64,000 nt of DNA from assembly GCA_951406725.2 (NCBI GenBank), contig OX597815.1, positions 49,786,001 to 49,850,000 of the forward strand, read 5' to 3'. Both the position numbers and the translations under genes were made by a program. Position 1 is the first letter of the stretch. Each line of letters begins with the position of its first letter. Below the pieces are notes generated by a model. It worked only from the letters and a program-made list of their open reading frames with translations, did not search any database and was not told the DNA's origin. The stretch is from Octopus vulgaris (Eukaryota). This document shows, in pieces, positions 1 through 13,440 of the stretch.

Positions 1-286
1 GTTTGATTTTTATCACTTTCAGTACATGTTTTGGGGATATGGCAAGCCAACAGTTGTTCTCTATGTTCACAATCTGTTCGTATTGGAGCTTCTGGCATGA
101 ATGCCAAGCAGTACAGCATGTCGTTTCAAAATTTCTGGCAAAGTAAATTGCATCATAGTGCTGTTTTTCTCACAGATGGTGCAGTCAACTGACCCTAATA
201 TATGGTGTAGTCAACAAAATCAAAAACAGACAATGCACCTGCATGAAATTGAAAATATAAAGTGGTGACAATTTACCATCATACAC

Positions 287-288
<2 letters not shown>
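1..288 (-). mobile_element. 5' end of an internally deleted Tc1/mariner (maT/DD37D-like) transposon, continuing off the window
   Basis: Minus strand opens with a TIR-like CAGTGTATGATGGTAAATTGTCACC next to a TA/TG microsatellite, then MMQFTLPEILKRHAVLLGIHARSSNTN joined by a deletion to NNCWLAISPKHVLKVIKIK, resembling the N-terminus and the NxQNxRW region of maT-type transposases. Confidence 0.65.
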
Positions 289-326
<38 letters not shown>

Positions 327-328
327 AT

Positions 329-365
<37 letters not shown>

Positions 366-375
366 GATAGATAGA

Positions 376-633
376 TGCAGGAGTGGCTGTATGGTAAATA
401 GATTGCTTACCAACCACATGGTTCTGGGTTCATTCCAACTGCGGGGCACTTGGGCAAGTGTCTTCTACTATAGCCTCGGGCCAACCAAAGCCTTGTGAGT
501 GGATTTGGTAGACAGAAACTGAAAGAAACCCATCGTATATATGCATATATATATATGTATGTGTATGTGTATGTTTGTGTGTCTGTGTTTGTCCCGCCCA
601 ACATTGCTTGACAACTGATGGTGGTGTGTTTAC
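376..633 (+). mobile_element. tRNA-derived SINE family A, 3' truncated
   Basis: A box TGGCTGTATGG, B box GGTTCATTCC, CTTGGGCAAGT core-like motif, internal TA/TG microsatellite; matches the copy at 36247-36663. Confidence 0.85.
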
Positions 634-673
634 ATATATATATCTATACATACATACATATATATATATATAC

Positions 674-726
<53 letters not shown>

Positions 727-925
727 TATATAAATCAATGCATACATATATACATACATATATTCGTACATGCATATACATACACACACATACATATACA
801 TACATACATACACACACACATACATATACATACATATGCATACGTACATATACATATATATATGCACACATACATACATTCACATACACATACATATACA
901 TACATATATGTATACATATATACAT
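630..925. repeat. Compound (TA)n/(TACA)n/(CA)n microsatellite
   Basis: Direct inspection; source of the YIYI/VCVC ORFs. Confidence 0.95.
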
Positions 926-1000
926 AGAAGAATTAAGATATAAACTCGAATTAGGCTACCATACTCATACAGTTATAAATTCAACTTAAAATGCTTATAC

Positions 1001-1674
1001 ATATATTAATACATACTGACACATGAATATTTAAGAAAATATTCATAAAATATAAATATATATATTTACATAAAAATACATGTAAATAGAACCCATGTGG
1101 GATTGGTATGGAAGGAAATTTGAGAAACAGAGCACTGATAAATTTTGTTTTTTGTACTAAAATTTAGAGCAGGTAACAGTTTCAATTAAAAGATCCATAG
1201 AGTTTGATGTGTTTTTTTTTAAATATATAAATGGTATGTAAGGTATATAATACAGTTCAAGGAAGTCCACTTTCTATCATCATTTCTAGAGTTCATGTCC
1301 TGGTAGAAAGGGATACCTTTCCTGATGTAGTGGACATTGTCCGCATGGTTTGTAAGATCTTTTATTAATGTTTCTACCAGGACATGAATTCTGGAAATGG
1401 CCATAGAAAGTGGACTTCTTCAAACTGTATTATATACCTTATATACCATTCATATATTTAAAATAAAAACGCACCAACCTTAATGGATCTATTAATTGAA
1501 ACTGTTAACTGGTCTTAATTTTAGTATATAAAAGAAAATATCAGTTCTCTTTTTCTTACACTTCCTTCCATACCTATCTCACATGGGTTTTATTTACATG
1601 TATTTTTATGTATATTTATATTTTATGAATATGTTTTTAAAAATATATATATGTGTTGATATGTATTAATATAT
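1001..1674. repeat. Long inverted repeat (fold-back), about 305-bp arms with a 61-bp spacer
   Basis: 1001-1309 is the diverged reverse complement of 1371-1674, e.g. GTCCACTTTCTAT...TTCATGTCCTGGTAGAAA vs TTTCTACCAGGACATGAA...ATAGAAAGTGGAC. Confidence 0.9.
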
Positions 1675-1680
1675 ATATAT

Positions 1681-1838
1681 ACAACGAGCTTGTTTCAGTT
1701 TCTGTCTACCAAATCCACTCCCAAGGTTTTTGTTGCCCTAAGGCTCTAGTAGAAGACACTTGCTCAAGGTGTCACACAGTGGGACTGAACCCAGAACCAT
1801 GTGGTTGGGAAGCAAGCTTCTTACCACACAGCCACACC
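1681..1838 (-). mobile_element. SINE family A, 5' half
   Basis: Reverse complement of family A head (GGGACTGAACCCAGAACCATGTGGTTGG). Confidence 0.85.
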
Positions 1839-1930
1839 TATATATATATATACACATATATATATATGATGTATAAATAAAACCATCAGTATGAAACTGG
1901 AAAATTCTACACAATTGCTATCTCACAAAA

Positions 1931-2135
1931 TATTGGTTTCAAATTTTGGCACAAAGCCAGCAATTTCAAGGGATCGGTAAGTTGATTACATTGATCCCAT
2001 TGTTCAACTGGTACTCATTTATCAACCTCAAAAATAAAAAAGGCAAAGTTGACCTCAGCAGAATTTGAACTCAGAACATAAAAACAGATGAAATGCCTTG
2101 TCCAGTGTGTTAATGATTCTGTCAGCCCACTGCCT
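1931..2135 (-). mobile_element. SINE family B (Meta-domain-like)
   Basis: Reverse complement of GAGTTCAAATTC...ACTTTGCCTTT...GATAAA..GTACCAG; flanking direct repeat TATCTCA(C/G)AAAATATTGGTT. Confidence 0.8.
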
Positions 2136-3904
2136 TTCTATCTCAGAAAATATTGGTTAATGTTGAAAGTTATGGTAGGAGACACTTGACATGCAGTCGA
2201 TTTGAAACTGAAATCATATGGTTTAGCATAGTGAACATTTTAACCACACATCTACGCCTGCATCCGTATGTTTTGATTAAAGCATATGGTAATCAAAGGT
2301 TATGAGTTCATACCCTGCAATATTCAACATATTGCGCACCTAGGTAAATTACTTTACTTTGCCTCATTCATTTCAGGTGAAAATATATGCTTATTCTCAT
2401 TTCATGGTTCAATGGTCAGAATTAAGAAGATTGCCCTAACTGTTAAAACACCTGCTCTGCCAATTCATCCAAATCCTTTGACTTTGCTAGTGGTGCCCGA
2501 AACTGATGTAAAATCATTTAAATTCAGTTTCAACAGGATGTTTTATTAAACTTCTCCTTTCCCACCTCTTCCTCTTCATCATCTCTTTCATCATCATCAC
2601 TTTTAAATCTGTCCTAATTATCTTTCCCTACTCATCTTTATATTCACTACAATGAGGATCATGATGATGATGACGATCATAATAATAATAATAATGATGA
2701 TGATGATAATAATAAGTAATGAGTTTTCCTTTTAGTTTCCATTCAGTTTATTAAGCCATTGGCTAAAATTATTTAACAGCACCAACGCCACTGAAATCAT
2801 TACTGCTCCTCCTCCTCCTCTTCCTCCCCCCATCACATACCTACCTACCAATTTAAGTTCTATTTTCCAAAAAATCACATCTGTTCAAATATTTGAGTGA
2901 AGGAAGCATGAAATAAAACAACGAAGTTGGTTTTGTTCAATTATCTCTTTTGTTACATTACTAAATTTTATGGGATACACATCCTTTCTTGACATTGGTA
3001 AAATTTTTAAAAGAAAACAAATAAGAAAAAAAATGATTTTGCTAATTTTATTTTCTTCCTTTCATTCTTCTTATTTTTTTTTTTACCAACAAAGACCAAA
3101 TTCTTGTTTCCAGTATCCTGCATTGTGTAGAATATAACGCTGTAAGTCTTTTGTCTATTAGCCTTTTGTCTGTAAGTCAGACTAAACTTTTATACCTTCC
3201 CATACAAAAATAAAGTCTCTTCTTCTAACTACAGTGAATACTGCATAAAAATGATTGATGTTTCAATAAGATTATATGCTAGCAGCGCTAACATAAGAAA
3301 GAATTAGAGCTGGATAATATCTTAATATCTTTATACAAAACTCAAGAAGTAAATACACAAATAAGCATATAAATTACCAAATAGATAAATAAATCAGCTA
3401 ATTAAATGTAAATTGTCATCAATTTGAAAAAAATTTGCAAATGCTTTTCTTCATATTGACCTTCTTAAAAGTTTTACATGATAAAATCCACATTAATAGA
3501 CTAAACTAATTAAAGTAAGCTACTTCTGTGTCAATCAAACCAGCCAAGTTATCTATTGGTTTCCTACCTTCTGGGTAAAAGTTGTTTCTGTATTTTTTTA
3601 ATTTGGGGCTTTGGTTTTGGAAACCAGTTTGCTTTTATGATAAAACCCTCTCTAATCTTATTTGGGGTTTGTGGTTAAACCTTGGTTTCCTCCCACTAAG
3701 CTAATACCAACAGTCACCAAAAGAAGCTATTAGAAGAGTTTCTGTTCTATTCTACCATGTCAGCTCATTCCAATTTGGCATAGTTCAGTTTGCTTTTTGG
3801 CATTTTACGCAGTTTATTTGAAGCAACCTTGATTCCAAGACAATCTCTGTCTGTCACCCATCAGATGCATTATCTTTAAATTCATATGTTCTGAGATGCT
3901 GGTC

Positions 3905-4100
3905 ATGTAAAAAGCACCCAGCACACTCTGTAAAATGGTTGGTGTTAGGAAGGGTATCCAGCCATAGAAACCAACCCAAAACAAAACTATGGAACCTGGT
4001 GTTACCTCCGGCCTTGCCAGTTGCTGTCAAGTTATGCATCCTGGCCAGCATGGAAAATGGATGTTAAATGTTGATGATAATGATGATGATGATGATAATG
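3905..4100 (+). mobile_element. SINE family C, 3' part with (GAT)n tail
   Basis: GTAAAAAGCACC...GGTTGGTGTTAGGAAGGGTATCCAGC...CAGCATGGAAAATGGATGTTAAA then (GAT)n; related copies near 5160-5370(-), 10229-10615(+), 11467-11890(-), 22440-22615(+). Confidence 0.75.
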
Positions 4101-6299
4101 ATATACATATTTAATTATTGAAGAACAAAATTAGAATGATGTTTCTGAATTTATAATCATGGATAGTATAACATTTTGACAATTTTTCTTTTTTTTTTAA
4201 TACTTCTGAAATGAAATGAAGCTGAAATAAAAATGAAACACTGTATCCTGTCTTTATTCGCTTTTTCAAGTATCAAAAATTGTGTATATATGGATATATA
4301 CAAACTAACATTTTTTTTTTTTTTTAATAGGCATCAAAACGTGTATTGTATGATACAAATAAGATGATCTTTTTTCGAACACAGTTTGTTGACAAATTTT
4401 TCCCCTTTGTAAGGGTAATTTACTTGATATTTCTGCTGTTCTGACAGCAATTCTGTGTTTGACAAAATACTATCTTATTTGTATGAAAAATTGTATATAT
4501 ACAGCCATATATATTTACATGAATTAATTAAAATGTTCTCATACACTTGGTCAAGATTATACTACAACCTCCAGAAGTACATGAGGTGGTGATGGCAGTG
4601 GTGTGGTCTCCTACATACAATGAACAATCTGTTAGCTGTTTAGTCTCAGTCTGAATCTCTCTAAATCTCTTAGCGATTGCTCTTTTTTCTCCTTGGTAGC
4701 AACTGTTATTTCCTATTTATTTGCTTACCCCTACAAAATATGAAAAATGGTCAATATCTCCTTCAAACTTTACTTTTCTTACATTTATTCAAACCCCAAA
4801 GAATCCTTCTCAACACATGGCTATGATGCTCCCTCACTCCTCCTGCTCATGATCAGAAATGCACATATTGCCAACCACTAAGGGACATGCTCAAGTGGTT
4901 GAGGTCGAGCAACTGATAAGCACGTCTGTGGTATTGAGCAGAATATTTGCTATAACACTATTTTTGCTTCTCAGTACTAAATCTGTCTGAAATGTAATGG
5001 AAATTGATTAGTTTCAAAACATTGATGCCCAAGTCACAAAAACAAAGTTTGAAGGGAATAGTAGTCATGTCCTTTGATTTCTAGATGGAAGTAAATAGGA
5101 AATAACACTTACTGACCAAAGACAAAAAAAAATTGTTACAGTGTTATTTTATACATCACATGATGGTTATAAATGACCAACATCATACAAGCAATGTTGT
5201 TCATTTCAAATCTCCTCTGAAAAACATGTCTGAACATAGGTGATTGGAAGTAGGTGAGGGTTGGTGGCAGGAAAGGCATTCTGCTGTAGTAAATCTGCCT
5301 CAACAAATTCAGTCTGACCCATGCAAACACAGTAAAATGAAATTAAATGATGATGATGATTGTTATCATCATTATTATCAACCGTCTCATTTTTATGAAT
5401 ATTTTCAATGGCGTTATTAATTAGACTGACATAACGTTTGTCCCAGCAGCACCACAATCCTGCATGAATTTCATGTTAACTAACGACTTTATTACATGTC
5501 TTGTTCATTCTGCTTCTGCTACAGTAAATCGAACTACAAAGTAGGTGTCACTGAAACAGCCTTCATAAAACTCCCCCTGCTCCATCTTACTCAACTGTTT
5601 ATCCTACTCATAGGATATGTGTACATATTACAGTGGACATCCTGTCATCTCACTCTATGGTAATTCTAAGTCTATCATTTACAATATCTTCACCCAACAT
5701 TATGTGAATATATGTAGGCATGTGCATTCACTCACACATAATGTTTATTTTGAAGTTGTTATTTTAAAAGTATTTTAAGAGTAACAGCAAAGCATTTATG
5801 ATGGAGTATTCAATACCAAATGTAGAGTCATATTTATGATAAAAGCAACTAAATTTTTCACTTAATAGCTTAGAGTTAGACAAGCTGTAAATGCAAAACT
5901 TGAAATCTCAGTCAAAACTATGTGTATACATGTGTGTGTGAATGTGTGTGTGCATGAGTGTGTGCATGAGTGTGTGTATGTGTGTGTACAACATGCATGT
6001 GCATGTATTTGGGCATAGTTGTATGCATGTTTGCATGGACATGTTTCTGTATGTAAAGTCAAAGCTATATCTTGATTAGCATTAAAAACAGCTCACCAAC
6101 ACTCAATCCAATGTGGAAATATGTATAGTCATTCCACCTACTAGATATAGTATCCAAATCTGCCTCAAATTACAAAGCACCATGTGTTGGGTAATGTGGT
6201 TCCACGAATATATTTACTTACAAATGCTGTCTGGGATGATACTTATTTTAGAAACTTTTTTCCTAGTTAAGTTTTAAAATAATGGATGTAAGAAGACAC

Positions 6300-6680
6300 A
6301 AAAGCAACACCTTGACAAGTTTTAGTCAAGTGAATCAACTCCAGTACTTATTTTTATATTAAGCCTAGTACTTATTCTATCAGTCTCTTTTTTCTGAACT
6401 GCCAAGTTATGGAGATGCAAACACAACACTGATTGTCAAGTGATGGGGGGGAGCAAACACAGACACAAAGATACACACACATAGATACTCCTGCATGCAC
6501 ACATACACACAAATATATATGACAGGCTTCTTTCAGTTTCTTTCTGCCAAATCCACTCATAAGTCTTTGATTGGTTAGAGGCTATAGTAAAAGATATTCC
6601 AAGGTGCCATGCAGTGGGACTGAATCCAGATCCATGTGGTTGGGAAACAAACATCTTACTACATAGCCATGCCTGTGTCT
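6300..6680 (-). mobile_element. SINE family A
   Basis: Near full-length reverse-complement match to 36247-36663. Confidence 0.85.
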
Positions 6681-7142
6681 ATTAACATATTTTACACATA
6701 CACACTTACAAACTGTGTGTATGTGTAAAATGACTTCTTGAAGCTTCATCTCAATTCGCTGTAGTAGTGGACAGGTTACTTTGTTGCACCATGCTTCCAG
6801 CACAGCAGTGTAGTTTACAAGAAATTATTAACAACATTAGATTCTCAAAGATAGGGATTCTAATGGTTACAAGTAAAAGGAGTTGCATAAACTTCCATTT
6901 ACTGATACAATTTGTAACATGCAGAATAGGTGCTAACACAATGTGGTGAACAAGAACAATATAGTTTTAATTAAGGAAGATTGTATTCTTATCAAGGAAA
7001 GGCGAACATTGTTGAACAATATTGAACTTAACAAAGCAAAAGAAAGGATAACAATACAACAAAACATTAAAATATTTTTTTCAGATATTTGATGCACCAA
7101 AATCCCAATAGATTTAAATTAGAATTAGGTAATGCAGTAAAA

Positions 7143-7425
7143 ACATGTGACCTAGTGGTTAAACCATTGTGCTGGTGATCATAAGTTTGTAGTTTCGATC
7201 CCTGGGCTGGGCAGTACATTGTGTTCTTGGGCAATGTACTTCATTTCATGTTGGTCCAGTTCATTCTGCTGAAAATGAGTTGCATCTGCAACAGAGCAAC
7301 ACCTTTGAAACATAAATCTTATAGATGTGAGTTGCCAACAGTCTTCGATGGGAACAGCACTCTGGATGATTGGCAGTGTTCCAGCATAGCCACAGCCTTT
7401 GGGCTGAAAGATATAAAAGAATAAA
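7143..7425 (+). mobile_element. tRNA-derived SINE (variant head, family A-like tail)
   Basis: TAGTGGTTAA A box, GTTTCGATCCC B box, CTTGGGCAA core, CCAGCATAGCCACAG tail; related heads near 7915-8100, 18285-18390(-), 33553-33790. Confidence 0.65.
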
Positions 7426-8954
7426 ACAGGAGCAAATAGTAAGAACTTTAGCATCCATAGTGACAACTCTGAACATGTTTCAGTTTCAACAAAGCATAGT
7501 ACTGGTCAATCAGTGTTTATATATATGTCCTTTCATGAATATCATAATGTATCAATGGATCCTCTGGCAGCATACAAATCCACAACCTTTGCACTCATCA
7601 TGATTTAAACAGAAATGCAGAAATTATGATTCACTGCTGACTAAGTAACAGTGAAAATGGTGTGTGTTTCCTTAGTTTGCAGTACTGAGTTAAATTCTTT
7701 CTACAAAAAAAGCTTCTAGCAACAGATCAGTATAATTTCCAGGTAAGTGATTCATTAATTATCTACTTAATGGGATAAATGGTGATAGATATTTGGATCT
7801 ATATGGATCTACAGGGTTTGGAAAGGAATAGCTCTTCTTTTTGTAATTTTCTTGCTTGATCTTGTATAATATATTTGAATAACTCTGAGTTACATGTGAA
7901 AGGTGGCAGCATACGGCCTAGTGGTTGATGATGGTGGGAGTCCATTCACGATCATGAAGATAGTGGCTAGTGTCAGCTCATGATCATAGGGAGGTTGTGG
8001 TTTCAATTCCTGAGCTCAGTGGTGCATTTCTACCCTTGAGAAAGTCACTTCATTTCATAGTGATCCAGCCTATTCAACTAAAAATTAGTACCAGTCAGGT
8101 ACTGGTGCAGCCTTCTATCTTCCTCCATCTATCATGTCCAGGTTATTGACAAGATCAAGAGTGAGGGAACCAAGAGGTGGATGTATGTCAGCAATAGGCA
8201 CCTAAAACAAATAATGAAAGAACAGTACACATTACCAAGCCAGACTCGGTTGGGAGTGGCAGTTGGCTACACTGTACGTGTGATAGGTTTTAACAGATAT
8301 GTCATGTTTCCATGATAATAGTGTCATACATCAGTAACACTGCTGTAGTCTCATTTCATTTCCTTCATTCAGTTTGAATAGTCACAAACTCATAATTAAA
8401 AATTTTTCTGCTCTGGCATTTGGTGAACTAGAATCAATAAGTAAAAACAATAATAATAAAATATATAAACATATTAAGTGATTTATTAAAAATGAATGTA
8501 AAATAAAAGACAATGTTTTGACTGAGATTGAACTTATGACAAACATGACTGCACGAGTCTATGGAAAGTAAGAACCCCAAATCAAAATTCTAAGCTAATA
8601 GAGAAACCAAACTAGACAAGATATCAATCATTCTTTTGTTAAATGCAATCTTCTTAGTTCTGTAAAATGAAGTCAAACAAAGGAAAGATGAAAAAATCTG
8701 GCACGAATTTTACCCAAGCAGTCTCAAAGACACTTAATGGAAATTAAGGCATGGATGAAGCAAAAATCACCCAACCCGAGTGTTTATTTGTTTCTGTGGC
8801 TTCATACCACCAACATTGATTATTTATGGTAAATCATTTTTGCAGATGAACCAACAGACAATGATTTTCTTTTAGAGATTTACTTCTCTATTTTTGTTTT
8901 TCTTTTTACTTTGTTATGAATTGGTTTTCTAGATGGATACAGTTTTAAACACGC

Positions 8955-8969
8955 ATACATACATACATA

Positions 8970-9014
<45 letters not shown>

Positions 9015-9070
9015 ACATACATACATACATACATACATACATACATACATACATACATACATACACATAC
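8955..9070. repeat. (CA)n/(TACA)n microsatellite
   Basis: Direct inspection. Confidence 0.95.
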
Positions 9071-9374
9071 TTTTCTTCAGCAACTCATTTTGAATTGTTA
9101 CTTTGGTGGCAGGTTTTGTCCAAAAAATTACTAAGTATTATACCAGTCTAGTAATATTTTACATATTAACAACTATAGGTTAGTGTATTGGCTTGTGTAT
9201 GCGCACATATACATACCTATGTATGTGTGTGTGTGTAAATTTTTTGTGTTTGTGAATGCATGTCTTCAAAATGCCAGCATTATGTAAGGCATGTCATTGT
9301 GTGTGTGGTCGAATGTCATGAAAAAGAATGGTAAAAAGTTATGACTTTCCAATGAATTCACAAAATGCATTTTT

Positions 9375-11185
9375 TAGCTTTTACTTGTTACAGTCAATAG
9401 ACTGTGGCCATGCTGTGGCATTGTTTTGAAGAATTGTTTGTTGCACAAATCAACCCCAGTATCTGTTTGTTTTAAGTGGTACTTATTCTATCAGTCATTT
9501 TTGCTGAACTGCTAAGTTGCAGGGATGTAAACACGCCAACACCAGCTATCAAGCAGTGGTGTGGCACAAACTAAGATATTAAGGCACACACATAGATATA
9601 CATATACACAACAGACTTCTCTCAGTTTCTTATTTCTTTACTACCCACAAGGGGCTAAACATAGAGGGGACAAATAAGGACAGACAAAGGTATTAAGTCA
9701 ATAACATCGACACCAGTGTGTAACTGGTACTTAATTTATTGACCCCGAAAGGATGAAAAGCAAAGTTGACCTAGGCAGAATTTGAACTCAGAACGAAATA
9801 CCGTTAAGCATTTCACCCGGCGTGCTAACGTTTCTGCTAACTCGCTGCCTTCTTTCAGTTTCTGCCTACCAAATCTACTTGCAAGAGTTTAATCAGCCTA
9901 AGGCTAAAGTAGAAAACACTTGCCTAAAGTACCACACCATGGGACTGAACCGAGAACCATGAGATAGGGAAACAAACTTCTTATCACACAGTCACATCTG
10001 CACATACATTCTTTTATTTGTTTCAGTCATTTGACTGTGGCCATGCTGAAGCACCACCTTTTAGTTGAAGGAATTAACTCCAGGACTTATTCTTTGTAAA
10101 TATGGTACATATTCTATCAGTCACTTTTGCTGAACTGCAAAGTTACAGGGATGTAAACACACCAACATCAGTTGTCAAGTGAGGATGAGGGGGACAAACA
10201 CAGACACACAAATGCAAACATAAATACATTGGCATGTAAAAAGCACCATCCGAATGTGGCTGATGCCAGTACCCGGTGACTGGCTCCCATGCTGGTGGCA
10301 CATAAAAAGCACCATCCAAACATGGCTGATGCCAGTATGCTCTGACTGGCCCGTGCCAGTGGCACATAAAACGCACTATCTGAACATGATTGATACCAGG
10401 CCTACCTGACTGGCTCCTGTGCCGGTGGCATGTAAAAAGCACCCACTACACTCTCGGAGTGGTTGGCATTAGGAAGGGTATCCAGCTGTAGAAACATTGC
10501 CAGATCAGATTGGAGCCTGATGCAGCCGTTGGCTCTCCAGACTTCAGTCAAACCATCCAACCCATGCCAGCATGGAAAATGGACGTTAAACGATGATGAT
10601 GATGATGATGATGATATATAGGTGCAGGAGAGTTTGTAAGAAGCTTGCTTCCCAACCACATGGTTCCGAGATCACTCCCACTGCATGGCACCTTGGGCAA
10701 GTCTACTACTATAGAGGCCAACCAAAGCCTTTTGAGTGGATTTGATAGACAGAAACGGAAAGAAGCCCATCGTATATATATATATGTGTGTGCTTGTTAT
10801 TTGTGTCTGTGTTTGTCCCCCACCATTGCTTGACAACTGATGTTGGTGTGTCTACATCTCCATCACTTAGCAGTTCGACAAAATAGATCAATAGAATAGA
10901 TACTAGGCTTACAAAGGATAAGTACTGGGGTCGATTAGTTCATGGCCAACATGGCCACAGTCAAATGACTGAAAAAAGTAAAAGAATAACGGAATATCTA
11001 TCTATATATATATATATACATATGACAGGCTTCTTTCAGTTTTCGTCAACTGAATCTATTCACAAGACTTTGGTCAGCCCGAGGCTGTAGTAGAAGACAC
11101 TTGTCCAAGGTGCCACGCAGTGGGATTGAACCCAGAACCATGTGGTTGGGAATCAAGCTTCTTACCACACAGCTACAGTTGCACA
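9375..11185. mobile_element. Nested SINE cluster (A- interrupted by B-; A- interrupted by C+ and A+)
   Basis: Family A(-) 9375-10003 split by family B(-) 9631-9848 with 15-bp TSD CTTCT(C/T)TCAGTTTCT; second family A(-) 10008-10225 resumes at 11021-11185 after C(+) 10229-10615 and A(+) 10621-10990. Confidence 0.85.
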
Positions 11186-11466
11186 TGAAAATTTTTTTTA
11201 ATTAGAAATCTCAATAAAAGAAAAATATCTAATACCATCTAAACCTCAATACTATGCTCATAGAATAAGATACATTTCCATTAAAATCTTTGTTCATGTG
11301 TACAGGCAGTGTTCCGTTGGGTAAAATTATATTTTTATCAATTAGTAATGTTCTTCATAGGAAATCAAATTAAGGTAAAGTTAGCTATGAAAGTGATAGT
11401 CACCAAAGGTTTCTGAATTTTTTTAACACACATTAATCTTACGTTTTACATTTCTGTAATGTCTCG

Positions 11467-11890
11467 CATCATCATCATTATTGTTTAATGTTCACTTTCC
11501 ATACTTGGCATAGGTTGGACAGTTTGACTGAAAACTGGTAAGCCGGGAGCTGAACCACATTCCAGTCCAATTTGGCAAGGTCTCTACAGCTGGATGCCCT
11601 TCCTATTGCCAACCACTCCAAAAATGTTGTGGGTGCTTTTTACATGTCACCAGCACAGGTGTCATTGACGTGACACCAGCATCAGCCACGGCTATGATCT
11701 CACTTGGCTTGACAGGTCTATACAAGCACAGTATATCACCAAAGCTCTCAGTCACCAGTCAGTGCTTCTGTGAGGCTCAATGCTCGAATGGTGCTTTTTG
11801 CATGAGTGCAGTCAGACGGCACTGGCATTGGTCACAACTACAATTTTACTTGTTTTGACAGGTCTTCTCAAGCACAGCATATCACCCAAT
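11467..11890 (-). mobile_element. SINE family C
   Basis: (CAT)n tail then CAGCTGGATGCCCTTCCTATTGCCAACC...GGTGCTTTTTACATG. Confidence 0.75.
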
Positions 11891-13413
11891 GTTTGTAATT
11901 ATTTAAAATAATCTTAAGCTATTTGCGTTAGACTAAGACACTACATGTAATAAACAGAGGTGATGGTGAGTGAAAAGTGTAATTTTTTTCCCCTTCATTA
12001 CTTACTCTGAGTGTAATGCTTCCACACAATTAGTTGAAGGGAAAGGCAAAGAGCACAAGAAAAAAGAGAGAAAAAGAGAGTAAAGTGAAATGTGAGAGAG
12101 AAAGGGGGAGAGTTCTATGTATTATGCCTATAAAATTGTGTATAAAGCATATAAAGTGTATATATAAAGTGCATTAAGTAATCACTGTATTCTGATTACC
12201 TTCACTTTTCAATGATTTTTTATACAGACACAACACAGCTTTCAGGTTTTTTGGACAAAGTTTTCAGAATTAACCCAGTAAGTTTACCATTAACTCTGTT
12301 AAATATCCATGGGTCCAGCTAGTTATAATGATAATGGCTTCAAATTTTGACCCAAGGACAACAATTTTATGGTGATGGAGTGGTTAGTTGATTCCAATGA
12401 CTTCATTGCATTACTGGTACTTGTTGCTTTACAGACCCTGAAAAGATGAAAGGCAAAGTTGACCTCAATAATAAGTAAATAAATAATTTCTAAGTAAATA
12501 TAAATGTTGAAACAAATCTTAAGAATACAGAAAAAGGATTAATTTCGTGGGCATGTATGTTGCAAGATGGCACATATTGTTACCTAAATGAAGAATTTCT
12601 TGTGTCATCCATTTTATATATTTGGTTTCACTTTAGAGCAACCAAAGACTAACTTTAACAAGCTTTTACAAATTCTTTCGAGAATGCCTTTTAAGCATAA
12701 CTTATACCAACTATCTTGAATGATTCACTTTTAGCATAAAAATTGAGCCTGTTATGAAGAATCTCACTTGTTCTCTACTTTAGCAACAATCCCATTCTCT
12801 ATTTTATATAGTGTTGAAGAAAATCAAACATGATTTGAGATTTCTACTATTTATAAGACTTGTTTATGACATATGCTTGTGTAAAAATGTATGTTTATAT
12901 TCAGCGATGGTTGAATTTATAACATCCATTCATCACACCTAAAAATTGCCAGTGTGGTACTAAAGAGAATGTATTTTTTATAGCCTACTTCGATCACAGT
13001 AGAGACTTCAAGGTTGCATATGAGATAGATATTCAACTAGTAAGCCAAATATTCTCTAAGTTTATTTGACATTTATCCAATCATAAATGCCCAAATCTAT
13101 CTGGCAGGAATCATCGTACATACAAACAAAGAGACCATTGATCCACAGCTATTTAGAGCATTCCTATCATGTAGCTAAGCCCACACATCAGACAGAATGG
13201 TGCTACAAGAGTTTTATAGAATTAATGGAAGAAAAACAAATGGATTGTTCAATATTTTCTTTTTAAGTCAGTCAGTACAAGATCAATGTCAAGTGTATTA
13301 GTATTTTGCTAACAAAGAAGATTCTAATGGGAACAAGGCAAAGCTTAAGAATGTAAAAGCCATATTAGATTGGTTATTTATTTTTTTAATTTTAATTGCC
13401 ATGTCCTTCTCAG

Positions 13414-13440
13414 GTATATTCTTTTACCTTCAATGTCCCG
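13414..13440 (+). other. Candidate 27-nt micro-exon
   Basis: GTCCTTCTCAG|GTATATTCTTTTACCTTCAATGTCCCG|GTAAGT; canonical sites, length divisible by 3, no stops. Confidence 0.25.

Noticed and set aside
430-989. Long YI/VC/HT-rich ORFs (also near 8.9, 17.8, 20.6, 40.2, 62.0 kb)
   Set aside because: Translations of dinucleotide microsatellites, which lack stops by construction.
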